From Acidobacteriota bacterium (GTDB taxonomy: Bacteria > Acidobacteriota > Terriglobia > Terriglobales > SCQP01): a DNA stretch of 64,000 nucleotides. The translations under genes and the position numbers were made by a program. Shown here piece by piece: positions 19,144-29,436 of this stretch (within the stretch, counting starts at the first letter, position 1; every line of letters begins with the position of its first letter). The notes beneath the pieces are model-generated. The model did not search any database, had not been told where the DNA came from, and worked only from the letters and a program-made list of their open reading frames with translations. The DNA lies in contig DAHVCP010000058.1 of the NCBI GenBank assembly GCA_027314025.1, forward strand, positions 25,711-89,710. The letters run 5' to 3'.

Positions 19144-19896
19144 CTAAACCCCGTGGAGCGCGGGATCCCAGATGAATTTGTGAATCTGGAAGCTCAGGCG
19201 GACGGGAAGGCCGTCGGCCAGAATCCACTCCGCCAGTTCGCGGGGATCCAGCAGGCATTGGCCAGCCGAACGCTCGCCCTGCGCGGTCGGCCGGAACGCG
19301 GGAGAAAAATGCAGGTGGGCGACGCGTTCCGCCAAGCGGTGGCGGCGGAGAAAATCGCGGGCGAATTCGTAGTCGCCGCGGCCGGCGAGGACGAATTTGA
19401 TTTCATCGTGCGGCTGGAGCGCGGATAGGTTTTCGCCGCAAAAGGTTCCGGCCTCGCCGCTTTCGGGGCATTTGACGTCCACGATCTTGACCACCGCCGG
19501 CGGCACCGCTTCCAAGGGTCGTTCCCCGCTGGTCTCCAGCAAAACGGTATGGCCGCGGGCCAGCAGTTCGCGCGATAGGGCGACGACGGCAGGGATTTGC
19601 AGCAGGGGCTCGCCGCCCGTGATCTCGACCAATGGGGTGGCGAAGGCGGCAACGGCCGCCGTGACCTCCTCCAGCGCCATGCGCCGGCCGCCGTGGAAGG
19701 AATACTCGGTGTCGCACCAGCCGCAGCGCAAATTGCAGCCGGTAAAGCGGACGAAGACGCAGGGGCGGCCGGCGAAGCTGGACTCGCCCTGAAGGGAGCG
19801 AAAAATCTCCGTGATCTGCGCGAAGACGGGACCGGCGTTGGCCGCGGTCCCGGCGTCAGCCTTCGCTGTAGGTGGCTGAAGTGGTGTCGGTTTCAT
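19144..19896 (-). CDS. queE: 7-carboxy-7-deazaguanine synthase (radical SAM)
   Basis: FRSLQGESSFAGRPCVFVRFTGCNLRCGWCDTEYSF, the QueE-type Cx14CxxC cluster region. Confidence 0.9.
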   Translation of the reverse strand: MKPTPLQPPTAKADAGTAANAGPVFAQITEIFRSLQGESSFAGRPCVFVRFTGCNLRCGWCDTEYSFHGGRRMALEEVTAAVAAFATPLVEITGGEPLLQIPAVVALSRELLARGHTVLLETSGERPLEAVPPAVVKIVDVKCPESGEAGTFCGENLSALQPHDEIKFVLAGRGDYEFARDFLRRHRLAERVAHLHFSPAFRPTAQGERSAGQCLLDPRELAEWILADGLPVRLSFQIHKFIWDPALHGV

Positions 19897-20287
19897 AGAC
19901 CGTCACCGCGTTGAGGCAGGCCCCATGGGCCGAGAAGCGGGGCCGAAGCAGGTCATAGAAGCGCTTGGCGATGTTCTCCGCGGAGGGATTGACCGCGGCG
20001 AAGTCGGGGAGATCGTTGAGGAACTGATGGTCAAAGGTGGCGACCACGGCGCGCAACTCGGTCTTGATGGCCGCGAAGTCCTGGAGCAGGCCGATGGCAT
20101 CGAGGTGATCGCCGCGCAAATGAACGCGGACGCGATAATTGTGGCCGTGCGGGTTCTCGCACTTGCCGCGGTAACCGCGCAGGGCATGGCCGGCGGCAAA
20201 GGTTTCTTCCACGCTGACCTCGAACACAGAAACATTATCGCAAAAGACACCCGGCGCCTGGGCGACGCGGCGGTCCCGGCGGCGCAT
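19856..20287 (-). CDS. queD: 6-carboxy-5,6,7,8-tetrahydropterin synthase
   Basis: FAAGHALRGYRGKCENPHGHNYRVRVHLRGD and TVYETDTTSATY. Start taken at ATG 20287 (uncertain). The 3' end overlaps the queE start by 41 nt. Confidence 0.8.
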   Translation of the reverse strand: MRRRDRRVAQAPGVFCDNVSVFEVSVEETFAAGHALRGYRGKCENPHGHNYRVRVHLRGDHLDAIGLLQDFAAIKTELRAVVATFDHQFLNDLPDFAAVNPSAENIAKRFYDLLRPRFSAHGACLNAVTVYETDTTSATYSEG

Positions 20288-20307
20288 CCCACGGGCGGGA
20301 GTGAGCG

Positions 20308-20709
20308 GTGAACTGGGCGGCGTGGATCCAAAATGCGGCGTTGGGCGTGCTGGCGGCGAGCTTGGTGGAGTTTGTCGAGCGGCGGCCGCCGGAAAAGGGC
20401 GATTGGACGCAGCTGGCGGGCGTCGCGGGCCGTTGGGCGGCAGGCGGCGCGATGGCGGCCGGTTATGCCCGCCTGGTGCCACGGGAACATTGGGGGATGA
20501 GGTCCGGCGTTGCGTTCGCGCAGTTGCCGGTGGTGCTGACGCTGCATGAAACGCTGGGCGGCGGCGGCGATGCAGCGGGATGGATGGCGGAATTCGCCGT
20601 TTGGGGAGCCGTGGCCGGGATCCTGGTCCGATTTTTTGGGGCGGGGCCAGGAAAAGACGCAGAAAGCGAATTGGTGCTGCGGTTACCGCGACGTGCCTTG
20701 GGCGGATGA
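20308..20709 (+). CDS. Hypothetical small membrane protein
   Basis: GTG start after GGGAG. Strong G-ending codon bias and several hydrophobic segments. Confidence 0.5.
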   Translation: MNWAAWIQNAALGVLAASLVEFVERRPPEKGDWTQLAGVAGRWAAGGAMAAGYARLVPREHWGMRSGVAFAQLPVVLTLHETLGGGGDAAGWMAEFAVWGAVAGILVRFFGAGPGKDAESELVLRLPRRALGG

Positions 20710-20748
20710 CGGTGGGCTATTGCGCTGGCCGGCCACGGGCCGCCCGGC

Positions 20749-20784
20749 GGAATGTCGCGGCCTTTCCGCGCCGACTTTGCCCCA
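20749..20784 (+). repeat. Copy of the dispersed GGAATTT+hairpin intergenic motif
   Basis: GGAATGTCGCGGcctttCCGCGCCGACTTTGCCCCA, in the convergent gap between 20709 and 20909. Confidence 0.55.
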
Positions 20785-20908
20785 GTGCGCGACCCCTGTG
20801 ACAGGAGTGGCGAGGCTGCCGGAAGGGTTAGCCGACTGCCTATAGCCCCCCGCCTTCCGGCGCGCATGCGCTGGCCAACCTCAACTGCGGAGGGGTGGTT
20901 GCGCGGCG

Positions 20909-21679
20909 CTAGGGTTTGAGAATGGCGTTGTAGCCGTCGGCCTTCAATCGCGACTGCATTTCCTGCGCCTGCTGCTGGGTGGGAAACGGGCCAACCTGTA
21001 CGCGGTAGTATTGCTGGCCGATCGCGGCATCCGGTAAAAGCACATAAACCGGATATTGCCGCGCCTTCAGCGCCGCGGCGAGGTTTTCCGCATCCGAGCG
21101 ATTGACGCCGGCGAAGACCTGCACCGCAAAATTCGCGGCTCCCGGGATCTGAACGGGCGGCTTGCTGCCGACGGGAACATCGCCGGGAATGTTGGGGCTG
21201 GGTTTGGGCGTTTGCGCGCCGGACAACGCGGGCTCGGGGGGCAGTTGCGCCGAATTCGCGTTCGTGCCGCCGGTGGCAGAGGGCTGTAGCGTCGGCGAAA
21301 CGTTATTTTGCTCCGCCTGACTGAGGCCATTGGGATTGGGCGGCGCCGCAAAGCTGGCGGAGGAAGAGGAATTGGCGACGGGGCTGTTGGCCCCAGGGGA
21401 GACGGCCAGACTGTTGCCGGCGGCGGCGGGATTGACCGGCAGGGTGGTGCTCGGACTGGGCTTGTCAATGCTGGCCTGGGCTCCGCTGGCGGGCACCACT
21501 TGATTGCCGAGCGTGAAATCCGCTGGGATGGCGTGTTTGCCGAAGGTGTAACCGATGGCAAAGAACATGCCACAGAGCACGGCCACCGCGCAGAGCATGG
21601 CGACGATGCTCCATGTGCCCAATTCGAACTGGTAACCCGTGTCGGCTTCCTCGCGGGTGCGATCAAGATAACGCGGCAT
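20909..21679 (-). CDS. SPOR domain-containing membrane protein
   Basis: N-terminal TM helix (WSIVAMLCAVAVLCGMFFAIGY), a Pro/Ser/Asn-rich linker, and a C-terminal FAVQVFAGVNRSDAENLAAALKARQYPVYVL...YYRVQVGPFPTQQQAQEMQSRLKADGY SPOR fold. Confidence 0.85.
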   Translation of the reverse strand: MPRYLDRTREEADTGYQFELGTWSIVAMLCAVAVLCGMFFAIGYTFGKHAIPADFTLGNQVVPASGAQASIDKPSPSTTLPVNPAAAGNSLAVSPGANSPVANSSSSASFAAPPNPNGLSQAEQNNVSPTLQPSATGGTNANSAQLPPEPALSGAQTPKPSPNIPGDVPVGSKPPVQIPGAANFAVQVFAGVNRSDAENLAAALKARQYPVYVLLPDAAIGQQYYRVQVGPFPTQQQAQEMQSRLKADGYNAILKP

Positions 21680-21710
21680 AGTCCCTTTCAGCGGTCATGG
21701 CGAATCGCGG

Positions 21711-22511
21711 CTAATCGCCCCCCGCGGCGCCCGCCGGAGGCGGTGCGGCAGCGGCGGCGGCGGCTTTGATCTTCTTGGCGTAGGTCAGCGCCTCGATCAT
21801 ATCCAACGGAAGCGGAAACACGATCGTGGTGTTTTTCTCCACGCCGATTTCGGTCAGGGTCTGCAGATAACGGAGCTGAAGCGCAATGGGCTCCCGGGCC
21901 ATGATGGCGCTGGCCTCGGCGAGGCGCTCGGAGGCGGCGTACTCGCCCTCGGCATGAATGATTTTGGCGCGCTTCTCGCGCTCCGCTTCGGCCTGCCGCG
22001 CCATGGCGCGGCGCATACTTTCGGGCAGATCCACGCTTTTGATCTCCACCTTGGTGACCTTCACGCCCCAGGGATCGGTGTGCTGGTCGAGGATGACCTG
22101 AAGGCGGTTGTTGATCAAATCGCGGGAGGAAAGAAGGTCGTCCAATTCCACCTCACCGAGGACGGAACGGAGCGTGGTTTGGGCGAATTGCGAGGCGGCG
22201 AAGCGGTAATTTTGCACCTCGACGATGGCTTTTTCCGGATCAATGACGCGGTGATAGACCACTGCCACCACGGTCGCGGTCACATTGTCGCGGGTGATGA
22301 TGTCCTGCGGCGGCACGTCGAGCGCCGATTCGCGCAGCGTCACCCGCTGCACGCGGTCAATCACCGGAAATACCAAAATCAAACCCGGGCCCTTGGGGCG
22401 GCCCAAGAGACGGCCGAGGCGGAAGATGACCACCCGATCGTATTCCGGGACGACCTTAATGGCCGAGAGCAGGAACAGCACGACGATGATGACAGCAACG
22501 AAGATGGCCAT
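21711..22511 (-). CDS. SPFH/band-7 (stomatin-like, slipin) protein
   Basis: [34 protein letters not shown]...[20 protein letters not shown]...[18 protein letters not shown]. Confidence 0.9.
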   Translation of the reverse strand: MAIFVAVIIVVLFLLSAIKVVPEYDRVVIFRLGRLLGRPKGPGLILVFPVIDRVQRVTLRESALDVPPQDIITRDNVTATVVAVVYHRVIDPEKAIVEVQNYRFAASQFAQTTLRSVLGEVELDDLLSSRDLINNRLQVILDQHTDPWGVKVTKVEIKSVDLPESMRRAMARQAEAEREKRAKIIHAEGEYAASERLAEASAIMAREPIALQLRYLQTLTEIGVEKNTTIVFPLPLDMIEALTYAKKIKAAAAAAAPPPAGAAGGD

Positions 22512-22598
22512 GGGAACCTTTCCAGCGGAAACGGCAGTCCTGGTTTATTCTACCCGCCGGCTCCGCCGGCGGCCAGCGGGGCACTCCCAACGTACACC

Positions 22599-23966
22599 CT
22601 ACGGGCGCTGGCCTTGGGCGGCCGATGGCGAGGCGGGGTTCCCGGCGACGGGCTCAACTTCCAGCAACAGTCCCTGCATGGCGCGGACGCGCACCTGGGC
22701 GCCGGGAACGGCGGGCACCGCGGAGCGGGCGCGCCAAATTTCGCCGTGGATGCGCACCGTTCCCTCCGGCGCCAGGGCCGTGCGCACGATGGCGAGAGCG
22801 CCGACCATGCCCTGCGCCCCGGTCCGCACTTTGTTCGCGCGGGCGCGCAGCACCAGACGCATCAAAAACACCGTGATGCCGGCCATGGGCAGGGCGACGC
22901 CCAGGGCTACGCTCCAATGCACCTGGAGGGCGGGAACGGACGTGTCCACTAAAAACACCGCCCCGATCACCATGGACACCACACCGCCAATCGCCAGCAC
23001 GCCATGGGAGGGGAACTTGGCTTCCAGGATGAACAGAATGAACGCGAGCAACAGCAGTCCGGCGGCGGCCCAGTTGAGCGGCAATAACGACAGGGCGAAC
23101 AGCGACACCGCGATCATGATGATCCCGGCCACGCCAGGGACGATGACACCGGGGTGGGTGAACTCGATGTAGACCAGCAGGGCGCCGATGGCCAGGAGCG
23201 CGAACGCCAGATCGGGATCCATGTCCAGCACCCGCTCCCGCAGGCTCATCCGGTAGGGGACAAGCCGGGCGTGGGCGAGATCCAAAGTCTCCATTTGGCC
23301 GTTGATGCGGTGAATCGGCTGACCATTGAGATCCGCCAGCAGCTGCCGCGGCGAGGCGGCGATGTAGTTGATCAAACCGCCATGGAGAGCTTCCTTGTCG
23401 GTGAACGACTCGCTTTGCAGCACCGCCGCAAGCGCAAGCTTTACGTTATGCCCGCGCCCGCCGGCCAAGGTGCGAATGTAGGCGGCGGCGTCGTTTTGGA
23501 TCTTCTGCGCCTCGATCTTGCCCGGTTGCGGCCCGCCCAGCAAAACCGGATGGGCGGCGCCGGTATTGGTTCCGGGCGCCATGGCGGCGGCATCGCAGCT
23601 CATCAGAATATAGAAGCCCGCGGAGGCGGCGCGCGCTCCACTGGGATAGGCGTAGCCGAAAACCGGCGCCTGGGAGGCCAGAATCGCCTGAATGATCCGC
23701 CGCATCGAGGTGTCCAGCCCGCCGGGGGTGCTCAACTCGAGGATGACGGCGGCGGCTCGGCTTTGATTGGCGTAGCGAATGCCGCGCGTGACGTACTCAG
23801 CGGTGACGGGCGCGACGGCGCCTTGCAAGGCAATCACCACCACCCTGGGCCGCGATTGCGGCGCCGGCGCGGAACTCGCGGCGGTTGCCGCCAGCGCCAT
23901 CACCACGGTGCAGGCCAGCCAGCGGCCAAACGGGCGGCGCCCAAACAGATGGAGAGGGGTGGACAT
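22599..23966 (-). CDS. NfeD-family membrane-bound ClpP-class serine protease (partner of the SPFH protein)
   Basis: The internal ATG at 23966 gives a signal/TM segment. Then VVIALQGAVAPVTAEYVTRGI...VILELSTPGGLDTSMRRII...SAGFYILMSCDAAAMAPGTN, TM helices and a C-terminal OB-like domain. The upstream 187 codons of the ORF look like junk. Confidence 0.85.
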   Translation of the reverse strand: MSTPLHLFGRRPFGRWLACTVVMALAATAASSAPAPQSRPRVVVIALQGAVAPVTAEYVTRGIRYANQSRAAAVILELSTPGGLDTSMRRIIQAILASQAPVFGYAYPSGARAASAGFYILMSCDAAAMAPGTNTGAAHPVLLGGPQPGKIEAQKIQNDAAAYIRTLAGGRGHNVKLALAAVLQSESFTDKEALHGGLINYIAASPRQLLADLNGQPIHRINGQMETLDLAHARLVPYRMSLRERVLDMDPDLAFALLAIGALLVYIEFTHPGVIVPGVAGIIMIAVSLFALSLLPLNWAAAGLLLLAFILFILEAKFPSHGVLAIGGVVSMVIGAVFLVDTSVPALQVHWSVALGVALPMAGITVFLMRLVLRARANKVRTGAQGMVGALAIVRTALAPEGTVRIHGEIWRARSAVPAVPGAQVRVRAMQGLLLEVEPVAGNPASPSAAQGQRP

Positions 23967-24124
23967 GGCGAACGGCCGCGGATCAAGAACGGCGGTGGAG
24001 CTATTATGCGACCGGCGCAAGGGCGCGGAGGAAAACGCCACCGTCCCCACCTGAACACCGCTCTCCCGGCCAGGGGTCGGCGCCGGCCGGCCGGAGCCGG
24101 CGCCGGAGCGCTCCCAGGAAGGAT

Positions 24125-25684
24125 TCAGCGTGGTTTTAGAGCGCTGGTGTTGAGCGCGGCGATCCGCCGTTCCAAGGCCGCGATGGATTGGTCGCGAGGG
24201 GCGATGGCGCGCAGCACCGCGACCTGGGCCCGCGCGGCGGGGGCATCGTGGCGCGCCAAGTCGAGTTCCGCTAAGCCGACATGGGCGGCGGCATTGCGCG
24301 GAGCCAGCGCCAAGGCGGCCAAGAACTCCTGCCGAGCGGCGTCCAGCGCGCCTTGCCGAAGTAAGCGCCGCCCCTGGCGGAGCTGAAACGCCAGCCGTTG
24401 GGCGGGCGGCATGTCGGCCGCTTTGGCAAGATTGGACCGCTCCACCGCGGCTTCCATCCGCCGAAACCAGCCCAGCGGCAACGATCGCGCCGGCTGTTCC
24501 AAGGCGCGGGCAGTGGCATTGGGACAAGCCGCGCCCGGCGCTTGCAGCTGGGAGCGCAACGAGGCCAGGGGCGTTCCCGCCCGCGGCGCGGCCGCTTGCG
24601 CCATGCGAATGGCCTGGGCGCGATTGCCCAATTCACAGGCGACGGCGGCGCTATTGGCAGCCAGAAGAGCGCCGACGGCGCCGTCGGCGCCCGCGGCATG
24701 GCGGGCACGGTCCAGGATGGCCAATGCATCTTTCCGGCCCAGACGGGATTCGGCGAGGGCCCAATTGTTGAGCACCTGTGGCAGCGGCCAGAACGCCGCC
24801 AGGCGTTGGCTCAACTCCGCTGCGCGGGCATAACGGCCGAGGCGATAGGCGCACCGCGCGGCCAGGAACAGCGCCCGCGGATAATTGGGGTCGCGCGTGT
24901 CCACTTGGGGCAGCCAAAGCAACGCGGTGCGGTAATCGTCGTTGTGCCAGTACCAAAGACCGAGGCGGTACACCGCTTGGCTATAGTCGGGGTCCAGGTG
25001 CACCGCGGCCACCAGGAACTTATGCCGCACGGCGGGTTCGGTGGCCAGCAGCGCGCGGATATAGCGCTCATAGGCGGCCAATGGCACCTGTTGGCGCTGG
25101 GCCAGCACTTGGGCCGCGGTCACCGTGGTCTTTGGCGCCAGCACGCGCAGGACATGCCACGCCAGCCGAGCCTGGATGGTCTCCAACTGCGCCAGGCGGC
25201 CGCGGCGGGCATGGATCCGGACCAAATGCTGGCGGCGCAGATTGAAAATCGTGGCGCGGGCACGGAACTGGCCGTGAACATAGTCAAAACGGCCCAGGAT
25301 CAGCCAGCCGGCGTGGGCTTTGGCGGCAACTTGGATCAGCGTGGCTTGGCTGAGCGTGGAAAGATCGGGTACGCCTTCTTGGTTGAAGGCGGTTGCCCGC
25401 TGCTGCGCGTTGACCACCGGCACGCCGGCGCCGCGCAACGTGTCCGATAGCGCCTGGACGAAACTCTCGCCGATCCAGTCCAGATTGAGGTCGCCGGAAC
25501 GATTATTGAAGGGGAGAATCAGCACCTGCGGGCTGGCCGGGGTCAGGGGCGCCTGGGCCACCCCGGTGGCCGCCAGGCTGATCGCGAGCGACAAGCCTAA
25601 CGCCAGGCGGAGAAACGGCCAGCGCACCCGCGCCAGCGCGCATCGGCGGCACCGGGAGGGTAAGGAGGCGAAAGCGGCAGCCAT
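24125..25684 (-). CDS. Secreted TPR-repeat protein with an N-terminal TolB_N-like domain
   Basis: Signal sequence, then VLILPFNNRSGDLNLDWIGESFVQAL, then multiple A/L/Y/W-rich 34-residue repeats. Confidence 0.75.
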   Translation of the reverse strand: MAAAFASLPSRCRRCALARVRWPFLRLALGLSLAISLAATGVAQAPLTPASPQVLILPFNNRSGDLNLDWIGESFVQALSDTLRGAGVPVVNAQQRATAFNQEGVPDLSTLSQATLIQVAAKAHAGWLILGRFDYVHGQFRARATIFNLRRQHLVRIHARRGRLAQLETIQARLAWHVLRVLAPKTTVTAAQVLAQRQQVPLAAYERYIRALLATEPAVRHKFLVAAVHLDPDYSQAVYRLGLWYWHNDDYRTALLWLPQVDTRDPNYPRALFLAARCAYRLGRYARAAELSQRLAAFWPLPQVLNNWALAESRLGRKDALAILDRARHAAGADGAVGALLAANSAAVACELGNRAQAIRMAQAAAPRAGTPLASLRSQLQAPGAACPNATARALEQPARSLPLGWFRRMEAAVERSNLAKAADMPPAQRLAFQLRQGRRLLRQGALDAARQEFLAALALAPRNAAAHVGLAELDLARHDAPAARAQVAVLRAIAPRDQSIAALERRIAALNTSALKPR

Positions 25685-25719
25685 GGCGAAAGTATAAACG
25701 GCGGCTCCGGGCCGGTATC

Positions 25720-26172
25720 ATGGTAGAGATGAGGACCCGACCGATTGGCGTGAGCCTGCTGGCGGCCTTGAATTTTCTCGTCGTTGCGGGAATGGCCGGA
25801 GTGGCCGCGGCGCTGTTGGTGCGCGGCGCCGCCGTGCTGCATTCGCCGGTGGCGCAGCGGGTGTTGCAACGCGAGGGCGCCGGGGGCGTGTGGTTTCTGG
25901 TGCTGAGTACCGTGCTGCTGGCGGCGATGATGGGCGTTGGACTGCTGCGCCTGCGGGACTGGGGCCGGCAACTGATGATGATCTACTGCGGCATTGCCCT
26001 GGCCAGCAGCGGGCTGATGGTGATTGCGGAGATGCTGCGCTTTGCCGTGGCGGGGGCGCTGGCGTGGCTGGCGGGGGCAATCGTGGCGGGGTGGGTCTTG
26101 CGTTATTTGACGCGGCCGCAGATCAAGCTCGCGTTTGGCGCGCCGGTCAAATCCAAGGCGCAGGGCGCGTAA
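25720..26172 (+). CDS. Hypothetical membrane protein (about 4 TM)
   Basis: Four hydrophobic segments and good codon bias. Divergent from the TPR gene with only a 35-bp gap. Confidence 0.6.
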   Translation: MVEMRTRPIGVSLLAALNFLVVAGMAGVAAALLVRGAAVLHSPVAQRVLQREGAGGVWFLVLSTVLLAAMMGVGLLRLRDWGRQLMMIYCGIALASSGLMVIAEMLRFAVAGALAWLAGAIVAGWVLRYLTRPQIKLAFGAPVKSKAQGA

Positions 26173-26189
26173 GGGCGGAGGCTAGGACC

Positions 26190-27131
26190 GTGGACGGCGG
26201 CGATAAAACAGTCTTGATCTTGAAGCCGCGCGGGTTCTGCGCCGGCGTGGTGCGGGCGGTGGAAGCCGTGGAACAGGCGCTGGCGACCTTTGGCCCGCCG
26301 ATCTACGTGCTCAATGAAATCGTGCACAACCGCACCGTCATCGGCGATTTGCAGGCGCGCGGGGCGATCTTCATCCGCCATCTGGACGAGGCGCCGCCGG
26401 GGAGCCGGTTATTCTTCAGCGCCCACGGCGTGGCGCCGCAGATGTGGGAGGCGGCGCAGGCACGGCGGTTGGAGATCATAGACGCCACCTGCCCGCTGGT
26501 CAGCAAGGTGCATCTGGAGGCGCGGAACTACATCCGCCAGGGATTCAGCCTGGTGATTATCGGCCATCGCGCCCACGACGAGATTATTGGGCTGCTGGGC
26601 GAGGTGCCGGCCGGCACGCCGGTGGTGGAGACGGCGGAGCAGGCGGAAACGGTGGAGGTGGCGCACCCGGGTCGGGTGGCGTATTTGACGCAGACCACGC
26701 TGAGCTTGGACGAAGCCGCGGAGATCGTCACCCGGCTGCGCCGCAGGTTTCCCGCCATCGTCGGGCCGCGGGCGCAGGACATTTGCTACGCCACCCAGAA
26801 CCGGCAGACGGCGCTCAAGCAAATCGCGCCGAAGGTGGACGCGGTGTTCGTGGTGGGATCGGAGAACAGCTCGAATTCCCTGCGGCTGGTCGAGGTGGCG
26901 GCCAACGCCGGAACGCCGGCCTATCGCGTGGACGACGCCGCCGACATCCAGCCCGCCTGGCTGGAAACGGTGCGGGTCCTGGGGCTAACGGCGGGCGCGT
27001 CGGCGCCGGAGAGCCTGGTGCAGCGGGTGGTCGAGGTGCTGCGCGAGCGATTCGGCTTCCGCCACGTAGCCGAGGCGGAGGGCATCGAGGAGCACGTTCG
27101 CTTTAGCTTGCCGCCGGCGCTGGTCAATTGA
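26190..27131 (+). CDS. ispH: 4-hydroxy-3-methylbut-2-enyl diphosphate reductase
   Basis: LKPRGFCAGVVRAVEAVEQAL...VHNRTVI...FSAHGVAP...DATCPLVSKVH...TQTTLS...ICYATQNRQ are the IspH/LytB signatures with the 3 Cys. GTG 26190 follows GGGCGGAGG. Confidence 0.92.
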   Translation: MDGGDKTVLILKPRGFCAGVVRAVEAVEQALATFGPPIYVLNEIVHNRTVIGDLQARGAIFIRHLDEAPPGSRLFFSAHGVAPQMWEAAQARRLEIIDATCPLVSKVHLEARNYIRQGFSLVIIGHRAHDEIIGLLGEVPAGTPVVETAEQAETVEVAHPGRVAYLTQTTLSLDEAAEIVTRLRRRFPAIVGPRAQDICYATQNRQTALKQIAPKVDAVFVVGSENSSNSLRLVEVAANAGTPAYRVDDAADIQPAWLETVRVLGLTAGASAPESLVQRVVEVLRERFGFRHVAEAEGIEEHVRFSLPPALVN

Positions 27132-27282
27132 CCCGCGGCGGCGGCCGGCGGCGCCCAGTCGGCGGCTGGCGGACACCGCGCATTGCGGCGAACACGGAAC
27201 CGGGCAAAGCAGCCGCGCCGCGCCCGCCGTATCTCCCCCCGGGCCGGCAAAAACGCCTATCCTGGGAGTTTAGGAGGACGAC

Positions 27283-29151
27283 GTGCCCAGCCCCGACCGG
27301 AAACAATTGATTCCCGCCCTGCATAACATCGCCACCCAGCTGCGGATTGATTCTATCCAGGCCACCACGGCTGCCGGCAGCGGCCACCCCACCAGTTCCA
27401 TGTCGGCGGCCGAGATCATGGCGGCGCTGTTCTTTCATGTCCTGCGGTTGGACGTCCAGGATCCGGCGCGGGCGGAAAACGACAAATTCGTCCTCTCGAA
27501 AGGGCATGCGGCGCCGGTCCTGTATGCCGCCTGGGCGGAGCTGGGATTGTTCCCGCGCGAGCATTTGCTGACGCTGCGCAAGTTTGATTCCGACCTGGAA
27601 GGGCACCCCACGCCAATTCTGAAATTTGTCTCCGTGCCCACCGGCTCGCTGGGGCAGGGACTGCCCGTGGGACTGGGCATGGCGTTGGCGGCGCGGGTGG
27701 AAGAGCAGCCCTACCGCAGCTATGTGCTGATGGGCGATGGGGAAACGGCGGAAGGTTCGGTCTGGGAGGCGGCGGAGGTAGCCAGCTTCTATGGCGTGGA
27801 CAATCTCTGCGCCATCGTGGATGTCAACCGGTTGGGGCAAAGCCAGCCGACGATGCTGCAACACCAGATGGGGGTGTATCAGCAGCGCTGGGCGGCATTC
27901 GGCTGGAACGTCTTGGTGGTGGATGGGCACGATCTGGATCAGTTGCTAGGCGCCTTCGAGCAGGCCGCGGCGACCCAAGGCCGGCCCAGCGTGATCCTGG
28001 CGGAAACGAAAAAAGGCCGCGGCGTGTCGTTTTTGGAAGACAAGGAAGGCTGGCACGGCAAGGCGCTGAATAAAGAGGAAGCCGAGGCGGCGGTCAAGGA
28101 GTTGCAGGCGCAGTTTGTCCCCAGCGAGGGCGCCAAACCGATGCCGGCGGCGCCCGCCGCGGCACGGAAGGCGGCGGCCAAAACGGCGGCCCTGCCCGCG
28201 CCCAAATTCGACAAGCCGATGGCCACGCGGGAGGCGTTTGGCTTGGCGCTGGCCGCGCTGGGCAAGCTGGATGGCCGGGTGGTGGCGCTAGACGGCGACG
28301 TCAAGAATTCGACCTTCACCGAGGACTTCCAGCAGATCGCGCCCAACCGCTTCTTCGAAGGCTATATCGCCGAGCAAAACATGACCGGCATGGGCATGGG
28401 CATGGCGGCGGCGGGCAAGATTCCCTTCCTTTCGACCTTCGCCTGCTTCTTGACCCGGGCGGCGGATTTCATCCGCCTGGCGGCGCTGGCCAAGTCCAAT
28501 TTGAAGATCGTGGGCACGCACGCCGGGGTATCCATCGGCGAGGACGGCTCCTCGCAGATGGGTTTGGAGGATTTGGCCCTGTTCCGGGCGACGCCGGAGT
28601 CCCTGGTGCTGTATCCCAGCGATCCGGTGGCGACCTGGCGGGCGGTGGAACTGGCGGCGGGACATCAGGGCCTGGCCTACATTCGTACCGGCCGGCCGAA
28701 GAGCCCGCTGATCTATGGGGCGGAGGAGAGCTTCGCCATCGGCAAGGCCAAGGTGCTGCGGCAGAGCGCGGGCGACGCCGTCACCGTGGTGGCCGCGGGC
28801 GTGACGCTGCCGGAGGCGCTGAAGGCGCACGATGAATTGAAAAAGGAAGGCATCGCCATCCGCGTGGTGGATCTGTTCAGCGTGCGGCCCGTGGACCAGG
28901 CGGCGCTGCTGGCTTGCGCCCAGGCCACGCATAATACGATCTTGACGGTCGAGGACCATTACCGCGCCGGCGGCATCGGCGATGCGGTGGCGGAAGCCGT
29001 GGAGGGCGCCGGCGTCAGGGTGCTGCGGCTGGCGATCGAACACATCCCGCACAGCGGCACGGCGCAGCAACTGCTGCACGCGTACAAAATTGACGCCGAC
29101 GCGATCATGGAGCAGGTGCGGGCGGCCGTGCCCGCGGCGGCAAGGCGATAG
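27283..29151 (+). CDS. tkt: Transketolase (about 620-aa single-chain type)
   Basis: AAGSGHPTSSMSAAEIMAALFF...DKFVLSKGHAAPVLYA...LGQGLPVGLGMA...GDGETAEGSVWEA. The GTG start follows AGGAGG. Confidence 0.93.
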   Translation: MPSPDRKQLIPALHNIATQLRIDSIQATTAAGSGHPTSSMSAAEIMAALFFHVLRLDVQDPARAENDKFVLSKGHAAPVLYAAWAELGLFPREHLLTLRKFDSDLEGHPTPILKFVSVPTGSLGQGLPVGLGMALAARVEEQPYRSYVLMGDGETAEGSVWEAAEVASFYGVDNLCAIVDVNRLGQSQPTMLQHQMGVYQQRWAAFGWNVLVVDGHDLDQLLGAFEQAAATQGRPSVILAETKKGRGVSFLEDKEGWHGKALNKEEAEAAVKELQAQFVPSEGAKPMPAAPAAARKAAAKTAALPAPKFDKPMATREAFGLALAALGKLDGRVVALDGDVKNSTFTEDFQQIAPNRFFEGYIAEQNMTGMGMGMAAAGKIPFLSTFACFLTRAADFIRLAALAKSNLKIVGTHAGVSIGEDGSSQMGLEDLALFRATPESLVLYPSDPVATWRAVELAAGHQGLAYIRTGRPKSPLIYGAEESFAIGKAKVLRQSAGDAVTVVAAGVTLPEALKAHDELKKEGIAIRVVDLFSVRPVDQAALLACAQATHNTILTVEDHYRAGGIGDAVAEAVEGAGVRVLRLAIEHIPHSGTAQQLLHAYKIDADAIMEQVRAAVPAAARR

Positions 29152-29418
29152 GCGGGGACGGTCCGGAGGGGCCTAACAGCGGATGATTTTCGAGCGCTGG
29201 CGAACGAGGCTGCCGTGGCTTTTTGCGGTGGGCGCCCGGCTGGGGCTTAAGGCGGGCGAAGCGCGGTCCGCGCCTGCAACCGGCGCCTTGCCCGCGGGGC
29301 GGCCGGCGCCCAAACGCGCCCGTTCTCCACGGCTTCCCGCGACCCTGAAAGCACAGGCTGCGATGCCGCCGGGCGCCGCACCACCCAATCAGGCCTCCCT
29401 CTCGGTCAGCTGATCGGG

Positions 29419-29436
29419 AGGGGCGGATCCGCCCCT
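29419..29436. other. Perfect 18-nt palindrome AGGGGCGGATCCGCCCCT followed by GTTTGTCTG (terminator-like hairpin) inside a 528-bp gene-free gap
   Basis: Read directly. It lies 268 nt after the tkt stop and 244 nt before the ABC ATPase start. Confidence 0.45.

Noticed and set aside
20288-20307. preQ1 riboswitch upstream of queD/queE.
   Set aside because: Only about 20 nt separate the queD start from the divergent gene at 20308. That is too short for any preQ1 aptamer. If queD starts further downstream the leader would still lie inside sequence that shows no aptamer-like hairpin.
29183-29413. 76-codon ORF ending just before the 18-nt palindrome.
   Set aside because: The product is Ala/Pro/Arg-rich with no motif, and no SD precedes the ATG. 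It is kept only as a possibility within the finding on the 29152-29679 gap.
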